Source of the DNA: Eledone cirrhosa
Taxonomy: Eukaryota
Reading direction: 5' to 3'
Length of the DNA: 64,000 nt
Assembly (NCBI GenBank): GCA_964016885.1
Contig: OZ024755.1
Location: forward strand, 39,432,001 to 39,496,000
This document shows positions 53,011-64,000 of this stretch, piece by piece. The position numbers and the translations under genes were made by a program. The notes beneath the pieces are model-generated. The model did no database searches. It saw only the letters and a list, made by a program, of their open reading frames with translations, and was not told the DNA's origin. How positions within the stretch are numbered: the first letter of the stretch is position 1; each line of letters starts with the position of its first letter.

Positions 53011-54182
53011 ATTGTTGTACTCTGTTTTATATATATAGAGAAAACATTGCTGTATGACTGAGTTATACATAGTGTATGTTGTAGTATGTCATCTGTGTGA
53101 TGAATAGTGTTTTATATACTCTGTGTTAAATAGATAAAGTACATTATTTTCAATCACACCTTTTCTAACCTAAATAACCTTTTTATATAGTTCAATTTTT
53201 TTATTTACATTTTCAGACAAGATGACACAAACCGATCCATAAATAAAGACAGACATAATATAAGTTTTATATATTTCAGGTTTGAGTTCAATTTGTATTT
53301 GATTAGATATCAAAAGATGTCTCTTTTTATAGAAAACTGACTGCGACAATGTAATTCTCTGGTCGAAATTAACCTCGTTATTGGAGCTGATTTCCTAGAT
53401 AAATATATTTTATAGGACTGCCATAAATTGGGAGACCGGTAGTTGGCAGTCTCTTTTCAATGATCATAATTATCTTTAATGCAATAATAATGTTTAACAT
53501 TACCACAATGTTTCTAAACATAAGTAAGAACAATCATTACTTTAGACCTGTGAGGATTTTCAATCTTTCTTTATGATTCACTTGTGTTGCCGTGAAATGT
53601 GTTTCTCTTTCACCCATGCAGAAACAACTGGTGTGTTACTAATAAAAATTTGTTCATCGACTTTCGGCAAATCGGATCGAGGAGACAATGTTTCCGTCCG
53701 TCTTTCCAACTGCTAATACTATCTATCGGTCGCAACTCCAGGTAGAAGGAGCAATATGAAATAAAACGTCTTGCTCAAGGACATAAGACATCAACCGGGT
53801 GTTACTAAGTATGTGTTTTAATCACAACAAATATAAGTTCCTCAGCCTTCTCGTGTTACATCTTCCCAAGTAATTACACAGGGGGTGTCTACAACATGAT
53901 GTATTCTCTTATCACAACAGTATTGGGGTCAGAGGTGTTGATATTACCACATCATTGCTTTCCCCACAATGATGGGATGAATGCCATTGATAAAACCGGT
54001 GAAATGGAAAATCAAAATGGACGAAAGTAAAAATAAATTCAGGATAGGATTTTCTCTAGTGACCTATATAATGGTGTCCTCCTCCTTCTTCTTCTCCCCC
54101 TCATCCCCTCCTCCCCCTTCCACTATAACCATACTATAACAATAAGTGTCATATCTAGCCCCCAATATCAATATTATATATA

Positions 54183-54370
54183 ATTGTTTCTACGTTAGGC
54201 ACAAGGCCAGCAAAAACCCAGTGCATTACTGATACTTTATTTTATCGACCCCGTAAGGATGAAAGGCAAAGTTAACCTTGGCGGGATTTGAACTCAGAAT
54301 GGCAAGGGCCGTAACTCTATACGTCAAAGCATGGCGTCCGACCCTCTACCGATACTGCCAATCCACCGCC
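54183..54370 (-). mobile_element. tRNA-derived SINE
   Basis: Reverse complement of the family consensus, full length. Confidence 0.85.
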
Positions 54371-54548
54371 CTAATATTATATATAATAACTCTATATCTA
54401 TTTTATCTCGCAAAAACCTTTGAAAATATTTACAATTCATTGAAAAGAAATCATTGTTCACTGTCAACAGTGTTGCCTATATGTCTAGCCCCCCTCTCTC
54501 TCTCTCTAGCACTCTATATATATATATTATTATATATATAATAATATA

Positions 54549-55030
54549 GTTTTAATATAGATGAGATTCTACAGGACTAGAACTGTTTCATTCTTTAGAA
54601 ATCATCAACGTATATATATATATATATTATTATATATATACATATATATATATTACAAAAATTAATCAGTAATATACATCACATGAATATTATCGCTTAG
54701 AACTTAATTCAGAGAAGCTTATAAATACAAAGATTGAGATATCTTAAATAAGGCTCAAAATTGACTTTAGGGAATATCACATTAGAGTACGTTAAAATAA
54801 AAGAACACCATACGTGTATTAGCCCAGATGCTTAACAATAAATATTTGCCTCTGGGATGATACGTGTTTTGGGTTCCTTTACTTTAAGGTACTCTAATGT
54901 GATCTTCCCTTTACTCAATATGTTAGTACGTCTTCAGGACAGAAACCTGCTTCATTCGTAATGACTCATCATGATGATTTCTTACTAATGAAACACTTCT
55001 AGTCCTGAAGATGTCATTTCTATAACGAAA
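54549..55030. repeat. Old, diverged inverted pair with hammerhead remnants
   Basis: Minus strand 54549-54610 (TTGATGA-TTTCT..AGAAT-GAAACAGTTCTAGTC-CTG) resembles plus strand 54971-55030 (ATGATGA-TTTCTTACTAAT-GAAACACTTCTAGTC-CTG). Confidence 0.45.
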
Positions 55031-55075
55031 TGAATATATATATACATACACACACACACACATATATATATATAT

Positions 55076-55106
<31 letters not shown>

Positions 55107-55210
55107 AATATATGTATATACACGAATATATATAGACACACACACATAGACATTCCCACACATATCGAAACACACACACACTTATATATATGCATATATA
55201 TGTATATATG

Positions 55211-55246
<36 letters not shown>

Positions 55247-55271
55247 CAGAGAGAGAGTGAGAGAGAGAGAT

Positions 55272-55327
<56 letters not shown>

Positions 55328-55391
55328 GTTTTGTGGGTTCACTTTCGTTAAACTGTTGTTTTAATCTACGGCGCTCATTTCCTTCATATCA

Positions 55392-55800
55392 AATAATTGT
55401 TTCTACTTTTGGTACAAGGCCAGCAAATACCCAGTGCATTACTGGTACTTTATTGTATCGACCCCGTAAGGATGAAAGGCAAAGTTAACCTCGGCGGGAT
55501 TTGAACTCACACCGTAAAGGGACGTAACTATGCTGGAAAGCATGGCGTCCGACTCTCTACTGATACTGCCAATCCACAAATAATTGTTTCTACTTTAGGC
55601 ACAGGGCCAGCAATTACCCAGTGCATTACTGGTACTTTATTTTATCGACCCCGTAAGGATGAAAGGCAAAGTCAACCTCGGCGGGATTTGAACTCATATC
55701 ATAATGGGACGTAACTATGCTGGAAAGCATGGCGTCCGACCCTCTACCGATACTGCCAATCCACCGCCTTCCACTGCCAATCCACTGCCAATCCACAAAT
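55392..55800 (-). mobile_element. Head-to-tail SINE dimer
   Basis: Two consecutive reverse-complement copies (55392-55577 and 55578-55768), plus duplicated 5' heads CTGCCAATCCA. Confidence 0.85.
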
Positions 55801-56593
55801 AATGAAGTTATAACTGTTGTCATTTTTTCTCTTTCCAGAACCATCTCTAACTATGTTCTGTATATAATAATTGTCATGTAAATTCCAGCCTAGTTTACAA
55901 CTAGGAATATTAGTTCCATATGACACTAAGTGATATACATTACATATTGATAATTTATTTCACCTATTTCTAAGACGAACTTATTACAAATATAATATCT
56001 ATTTCATTTCATATAATTACTTTATCCTCATATATTGTTGTCTAGTTTAGACACGCATTAATACTGAAAATTGTTATCGATAAATCTTTCCAATGATATA
56101 TACAGAAATCTGCTTGTCAGAGCTTTTACATTTAATTAGTTTTAATATTGATATTAGTAAATATATAATATGTAAGTTAAAAAATATAATTGAGAGTGTA
56201 GCAATATCGGTTTAAAAAATTACGGAAGTAAATTATGGCAGCATTTAGTTTCCAATCTCCAGATTCCACACTTCTTATTCATACGAGAAACTAATATTTC
56301 ATTCAATATATTGTGATCAATAAAAAGTAATAATTCTAGCAATACACTCCGGTATATTTAATTTGGTAGATTTCAAAGACTTGCTACAAATACTGATCTA
56401 TTTTCTACCAACACGGAAAGAAAAGAAAATGACTATATTATACATGGCGAACGTGTTACCCCAGGGAATGGTGAAGGAGAGGCGCTGTAGGTGTCACTTC
56501 TCTGTGAGGTGTTTGGCAGCACAAAAGCAAACATGTTTGAGCCACAAAAAAGGTACAAACAAATGCACAAACACAGGAGATATTTAGTGTTAC

Positions 56594-56656
<63 letters not shown>

Positions 56657-56657
<1 letters not shown>

Positions 56658-56893
56658 GATATTAACAAATGGAAACTATATTTATAAAACCATATTTATT
56701 TCATTATACATATTTCAAGGACACCAAGTTAAATTATGGTGTCCTTGAAATATGTATAATGAAATAAATATGGTTGATAAATACAGTTTCCATTTGTTAA
56801 TATCGTATTTTTACTCCAAATATTTGTTGAGTGCTTTATATCAGTTATAAAAATATTTGCTTGTTGTATCCCAACAATTTAAATAGAACTTTT

Positions 56894-56896
<3 letters not shown>
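56657..56896. mobile_element. Hairpin island of the 62339 family, inverted inside hammerhead stem II
   Basis: 56657-56726 mirrors 56737-56808. Only the GAAATATGTATA half of the hammerhead remains. Tail TTTTACTCC matches 62619. Confidence 0.8.
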
Positions 56897-56966
<70 letters not shown>

Positions 56967-57124
56967 AAAGTTCTATTTAAATTGTAATTAAACCACGCAC
57001 ACACATACACACAAACACACATATATATATATATAATACTATAAGGACGAGTTTTTAAGCTTCATTACGTTTATTGATTGGTGACGCGCCTTTCGCTATT
57101 AATCAGCTCAAGGTTCGATCTGAA

Positions 57125-57155
<31 letters not shown>

Positions 57156-57166
57156 CATACATACAT

Positions 57167-57243
<77 letters not shown>

Positions 57244-57250
<7 letters not shown>

Positions 57251-57754
57251 ATGCTTTGGGAGGGTCATGTTGCCAATAAGAAACACACGCACCAGTTGCT
57301 TTCACTTCAATTAAATTAAATCTATAAATTTAGGAATTTATAAATTTCCGGTTGGTTGGTTGGTTTCAGAACCAGACGATTGTTCATATATTGTCAAAGT
57401 TCTTTCGTCACATATTTTGTGACCTCTTCAGTGACTGGGGATTATTTTCTTTGTTTGTGTGCCCCTCCTTTGTTCTGTCCTAGGACAGAACCAAGGAGAG
57501 GCACAAAACGTGACGAAAGATCTTTGTGACGAAAGAACTTTGCAAATATATGAACAATCGTCTGGTTGTGGAACCAACCAACCAACTGGAAATTTATAAA
57601 TTCCTAAATTTATAAATTTAATTTATAATAAATTGAAGTGAAAGCAACTGGTGAGTGTGTTTCTTATTGGCAACATGACCCTCCCAAAGTATAACAATAT
57701 CGGTTTCAACACACGTTTTCAGATAAAGAATCTTGCTAAACAAATTCAGAAACG

Positions 57755-57757
<3 letters not shown>
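57244..57757. mobile_element. Inverted-repeat island with hammerhead in the left arm
   Basis: 57244-57412 mirrors about 57525-57700. One-sided tail at 57701-57757. Confidence 0.82.
57393..57435 (-). ncRNA. Minimal type I hammerhead ribozyme
   Basis: GTCA-CTGAAGA-G-GTCACA(AAATA)TGTGAC-GAAA-GAAC-TT/TGAC. Confidence 0.72.
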
Positions 57758-57800
<43 letters not shown>

Positions 57801-57966
57801 GGAGGTGCGAAGGAGTAGATAAAGATTAACGTGAATAGACAGGGAACGAATTTCATCGTTCAGAATCACACAGTGTTATGTAGTGGTAAAGCCACGTGTT
57901 TAACTCTTCAATGGAGAAAAGCCCAGATTTTGGCAGATGAATTCAGTAAGTGTAAAATTAATGCAA

Positions 57967-58155
<189 letters not shown>

Positions 58156-58168
58156 CAGAATAAAGACG

Positions 58169-58700
58169 TATGAGGTGGTGCTGAAAGGTTCCTGGTTTTA
58201 GGTAAAGGAAAATACAGGAGGATCAGCTAAAAGAAAATAGAAGAGGATCAGTTAAAATAAATTACAGGAGGCTCAGTTAAAAGGAAATACAGGAGGATCA
58301 GCTAAAAGAAAATAGAAGAGGATCAGTTAAAATAAATTACAGGAGGCTCAGTTAAAAGGAAATACAGGAGGATCAGCTAAAAGAAAATAGAAGAGGATCA
58401 GTTAAAATAAATTACAGGAGGCTCAGTTAAAAGGAAATACAGGAGGATCAGTTAAAAGAAAATAGAAGAGGATCAGTTAAAATAAATTACAGGAGGCTCA
58501 GTTAAAAGGAAATACAGGAGGATCAGCTAAAAGAAAATAGAAGAGGATCAGTTAAAATAAATTACAGGAGGCTCAGTTAAAAGGAAATACAGGAGGATCA
58601 GTTAAAAGAAAATATAGAAGGATCAGTTTAAAGAAAATATAGAAGGATCAGTTTAAAGAAAATACAGGAGGATGAGTTAATTAGGATTTTATTTAACACT
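58169..58700 (+). mobile_element. Tc1/mariner-like end followed by an expanded 25-bp / 75-bp tandem array
   Basis: Starts TA-TGAGGTGGTGCTGAAAGGTTCCTGG (mariner-like TIR). Array of AAATACAGGAGGATCAGTTAAAAGA variants in a three-monomer higher-order repeat. Confidence 0.5.
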
Positions 58701-58774
58701 AGGCCACCTGTGACCCGTTGGGTAACGTTCACTTCAAAATGTTTTTTAAAATTCATGTTCACTTAAAAATAATT

Positions 58775-58900
58775 TTTAAATAATTAAAATATACACAGAC
58801 ATGTATATAATGTGAAATGAAATAGGAAGGCCCATATATATGGGCCTTCCTATTTCATTTCACATTATATACATGTCTGTGTATATTTTAATTATTTAAA
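58775..58900. repeat. Perfect palindrome of about 126 bp
   Basis: TTTAAATAATTAAAATATACAC...GGCCCATATATATGGGCC...GTGTATATTTTAATTATTTAAA. Confidence 0.9.
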
Positions 58901-59597
58901 TATGGAAATATATAAATGTGTATGGAAATATATAAATGTGTGTGTATACATAATATATATATGGGTGTCTGTGATCTATATACACTGGTCATAGACACAC
59001 ACATACATATACACACACATATATATCTATATATACACACACACTCATATATATACACAACAACACCACCAGCTCTTCCATTCTCCTTCTCTCTCTCTCC
59101 TCTCCCTCTCTCTCTATCTCTCTTTCAATCTACTCTCTCACAACCACTATCTCTTTCTCTCTATCCTTCTTTCTCTCTCTCTCTGTTTATGAAGGTACCC
59201 GGGAAAACCCCATATGTCCGGAACCCGTGCTCCGATTTATGCGAAATTTATTTTATTCCATTTATATTCCCATTTCAAGGTCAACTTCCTTTCAAAGTAT
59301 TTTCCCATTATACGCCCTTTTGGCTGTATTACATCACAGACAAGCAAGCAAGGTATCACATAGTTTTAGTATTGTATAGATATTGCCCTCTCGGAATCAC
59401 AATTATTGCAGCGGTCCTACCTTCCCTGTAAAGGTAACAGCTCTACCCCCTCGCGATACCCTTAAAATCAGGTACTTGTCAACGCTTCCTCGTATATGGC
59501 TCCCTATACATCCTTATTTTTAACCGCGCTCTGTTAATGTTGAAGCTTGCACTATATGTAAAAAGTTTGTTTACACAATCCATAAGTTATTATCTTC

Positions 59598-59774
59598 TGG
59601 CAGTATCAGTAGAGGGTTGGACGCCATGCTTTCTAGCATAGTTACGTCCCTTTACGGTTTGAGTTCAAATCCCGTCGAGGTTAACTTTGCCTTTCATCCT
59701 TACGGGGTCGATAAAATAAAGTACCAGTAATGTACTAGGTAATTGCTGGCCTTGTGCCAAAAGTAGAAACAATT
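59598..59774 (+). mobile_element. tRNA-derived SINE
   Basis: Matches the family consensus. Confidence 0.85.
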
Positions 59775-60281
59775 CTCTTCTATACTTCAGCATCCTGCAA
59801 TAACTGTTCGTTGCTGAAGATGGAGGGTCTTATACAATGGTATAACACTAGTACTGCTAGTGCTGAGGCAGCTGTGATATGATCACGAATTAAAATATAC
59901 ACAGCGATAATGTGTATGTATATTAGACATAAATGTAATATATATATATATATACGCCATGTTGTGTTAGTGATATGGCTTATATCAAACACAGATATGT
60001 CGTAATTACATAATGAAGAAGGCAAAAATATCTAAATTAAATTAAATTGGACTCTTATTTCGGGAAAGAGAAGGAAGACCTAACGGCGGTGTTGGCGGTT
60101 TTCAGAGAAAAGGGAGATTCATTTCAAGATATTAGGAATAATTTCAGAGATAATTTAATAGAATTAGGGCAACATTATATTATTATCACCAGGAACATTC
60201 TCAAAGTTTGTATACCATACTTATCTCTCTCTCGCTCTCTCTCTCTTTCCTTCTCTTCCCCTCTCTCTCTATCTCTCTCTG

Positions 60282-60356
<75 letters not shown>

Positions 60357-61061
60357 TGTGTGTGTGTATGTGTGTGTGTGTGTAAATTTGTAAACGCTCA
60401 TGTATATATGTGTAAACAGCGTAAACACTCATATATATACATATATGTATGTAGGGGTGTATGTGTGTGTGTCTATTTGGAGCAACAACAGCCGCACCCC
60501 CAACAGCAGCACCACCAACAACAATAATAACACCAACAACAACACCAGCAACAACACGTAGGTTTTAAAATCATTGAATAAATAACCCCGTTTTCCATTT
60601 CCCACATAAGAGATGTCGTGGAACTCCAATAAAACTTACATAAATCATTTAAGACTTAAACGAATGTTCCTTACAAACAAAACAGCTGAGAGCTCTGACA
60701 ATGTGTGACAATATACTCCAGGTTTAATGAAGACAGGCCGACGGCTGACAGATTGGTTGTTTAAGTATATACACTCTACATGTGTATTATGGGAAAGTAG
60801 AGGAAAGAACTATGAAAGCCATACATGAGAGGAAAGTGGGGAAACCAAGGAATCTAATACCACAGAAAAGGGGAGGGTGATGAGTTCTGGGAGGGATTCA
60901 AGGCTACGAATGTGATACAATTGTAGAAGTCGTTTATGATGATTCTATAATACAAGGCGTTCCAGTCGAGACCATCCATTCATAGTGTTAAAAATAAGAA
61001 ATAAAATATGGCCCCATCCCGGAGGTTCATCAGATTAGAGGTTAACCTGGTTTCTTTGGTC

Positions 61062-61433
61062 TTAACCCTTTAACATTTATATTACTCTATATATACTATT
61101 GTATTTTCATGGTAAAGGCTTTGTCTCACATAATATCTCACATAACATTTATATTGCTCTATATATACTATTGTATTTTCATCGTAAAGGCTTTATCTCA
61201 CATAATATCTCACATAACATTTATATTACTCTATATATACTATTGTATTTTTGCAGTAAAGGCTTTATCTTACACAATTGTCTCACATAATATCGAATCT
61301 ATGAGATTTTGATGTTATTTATTTTGAGAACAATACCGTAACGTCAGTATGAGCGGCCAGTTACAGTTGGTTTCAACAGAAAAAGGTGAGAGAATTCTGG
61401 CCGGATATGGCCGGTTTAAATGCTAAAGGATTA
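61062..61433. mobile_element. piggyBac-type MITE with internal 72-bp tandem repeat
   Basis: TTAA-CCCTTTAACATTTA ... TAAATGCTAAAGGA-TTAA: imperfect TIRs with TTAA on both sides. The 72-bp unit starts at 61072, 61144 and 61216. Confidence 0.65.
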
Positions 61434-61696
61434 AGTGATTGAGAGTACAGTACTCCATCCTGGATGGGGGACCAACATATCGCAAGTTTAAACCTACAAT
61501 TGCTGCTGGTACTAATATTTAGCTGAGTAAAGTTCAAGTATTTTGCTACCCGGACAAGGGATGAAACCCATGGCATTACGATTGCGTGTCCAGCATCTAA
61601 CCATTTGTTGGCGCACCTTTAATCATACAGACTGTTCTCATAAAACTACCACCTGTTATATGTGCTCAGTAAACGTCTAACTTCCAAACGTGAAAG

Positions 61697-61805
61697 TCTG
61701 ACCGGTGCTGTCCAGATGTCCAAGTCTGACCGGTGCCGTCCAGATGTCCAAATCTGACCGGTGCCGTCCAGATGTCCAAGTCTGGTCGGTGCAGTCCAGA
61801 TGTCT
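61697..61805 (+). repeat. 28-bp tandem repeat, four copies
   Basis: TCTGACCGGTGC(T/C)GTCCAGATGTCCAAG. Confidence 0.85.
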
Positions 61806-62210
61806 ACCGGTATTCGGAATTAACAAAAAAAAAAAGATGTCATATGACTGATCTATCAAACACTATCACGTGACCCGATGAAACCAATGGGCGCCCACAA
61901 TGACTCAATAATTTGCTACCATGTCTGCAATATTTGTTTACGTACACGAAACCAATGGTAATGTAAGGAGAAGTCGAACTGTTAATTCTTATGTTTACCC
62001 TCCGCATTAAGTCCTCATTGCGCTTTTCATTCGTTTGCATACACACACACTTCTATGTGTGTGTGTGTGTATGTTTGTGCGGGTGTGTATGTATGCCTGA
62101 ATATATGAACGCACACAAACACACACACACATCTATATGCGTGTGTGTATGTGTTTGTGAGCGTGTTTATGTATGCCTGAATATATTAACACACACAAAC
62201 AATCCCCCCA

Positions 62211-62703
<493 letters not shown>

Positions 62704-62869
62704 ATATATATATATATATTATTTATGTATTATGAAACACATATTGTCATTTGTGGTGGTTGAATGGTTCTGTCACACTTCATACACAGATTTCTGTGTA
62801 TGAAATAAGTTAAATTTCTGTTTACATAAAGAAAGAGAGAGAGAGATAGCTATGTGGTTAAAAAGCTCA

Positions 62870-63530
62870 CTTGATATTATATACACGGCAAAGTAGGAGT
62901 GGGGTTTAGTAGTACACTTGATATACACACGGGGAGGTAGCAATGAGTTTTTGAGGTTCACTCGATGATATATACACGGGAAAGTAGTAGTGAGGTTTTG
63001 AGGTTCCATAGATGATATATACACGGGAAGGTAGCAGTGAGGTTTTGAGGTTCTCGAGATGATATTTACATGGAGAGATAGCAGACAGGTTTTGAGGTTC
63101 TCGAGATGAAATATACACGGGAAAGTAGTAGTGAGGTGTTGATGTTGTCTTGATGATATATACACGGGAAGGTAGCAGTGAGGTTTTGAGGCTCTCGAGC
63201 TGATATTTACACGGAGAAGTAGCAGTGAAGGTTTAGAAGTTCACGAGATGATATATACACGGGAAGGTAGCAGTGGGGTTTTGAGGTTCTCGAGTTGATA
63301 TTTACACGGAGCGGTAGCAGTGAAGGTTTAGAAGTTCACGAGATGATATATACACGGGAAGGTAGCAGTGAGGTTTTGAGGTTCTCGAGTTGATATTTAC
63401 ACGGAGCGGTAGCAGTGAAGGTTTAGAAGTTCACGAGATGATATATACACGGGAAGGTAGCAGTGAGGTTTTGAGGTTCTCGAGTTGATATTTACACGGA
63501 GCGGTAGCATCTTTGTTTAGAAGTTCACTT
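62870..63530 (+). repeat. 47-48-bp minisatellite with alternating A/B dimer (about 95 bp)
   Basis: GATGATATATACACGGGAAGGTAGCAGTGAGGTTTTGAGGTTCTCGA alternates with GTTGATATTTACACGGAGCGGTAGCAGTGAAGGTTTAGAAGTTCACGA. Confidence 0.92.
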
Positions 63531-64000
63531 GGTAAAGATCTGAGGTGTTTTTGGCAATGTGGTTCTTGGATTAAAATTTACCACCAGTTAACCTGGGTAA
63601 GTACCTTGTAATTATATCCTTGCTTGTGTCCAGTGGAATGTGATCCTAATTTAGTATATGGGAACCTTATACGTGTGTACCTATATTTATATCTGTGAGG
63701 GTAGCTTAGTTGTTACAGGGGTCAGCTCATGATCGCAAGAACGGGAATTAGATTCTTGGCGGTGCTACGTTTCCTTGAACAATAAATATATTTTAAGTTG
63801 GTCCAGTCCACTGAGGTAGTAAAACATTTAGTTGTACATATATTTCAAAGAGCCAACCCTATTACATAATCTTTCATGTTGGATCTTCCTGAGAACTATG
63901 TTAAGTGTATAGGTGCCGGTGGAAAGCTCAGGAAAGTGTGACATTTCCAGAGAAGACTGTTCCGTTGTTAAAGCAACTGGAAGACTCCTCGTCGGAACCG

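Noticed and set aside
57075-57115. Minus-strand GCT..AGC-GAAAGGCGCGTC Penelope-style hammerhead half
   Set aside because: CUGANGA and stem I are missing. It may be a remnant but cannot be supported.

Overview
Eukaryotic, extremely repeat-rich DNA with no confidently identifiable host gene. The (TA)n/(CA)n seas, the tRNA-derived SINE and the LINE set look like an octopus/cephalopod genome (inference). Conventional content: a 3' L1/Tx1 end, four R4/Dong-type RLE retrotransposons stacked in (TAA)n, a 5'-truncated RTE-type LINE with an open 899-aa ORF, CR1 and RTE remnants, three Penelope-like (GIY-YIG) remnants, about nine copies of one SINE, MITE-like elements and minisatellites. Most ORFs in the track are microsatellite artefacts. 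The main unexplained signal is about 15 inverted-repeat islands sitting in (TA)n. By eye, most carry type I hammerhead ribozyme motifs (stem I - CUGANGA - stem II - GAAA - short, often palindromic stem III - NUH - stem I) and belong to about ten apparently distinct sequence families. Four islands show a monomer plus a partial tandem repeat (periods about 317, 425, 448 and 508 nt), and one family caps a 6.9-kb palindrome. The best reading is a diverse community of non-coding, (TA)n-targeted hammerhead retroelements (retrozyme-like or solo Penelope pLTR) mobilised by Penelope-like RT/GIY-YIG proteins. All folds and coordinates were read manually and need computational and biochemical confirmation.
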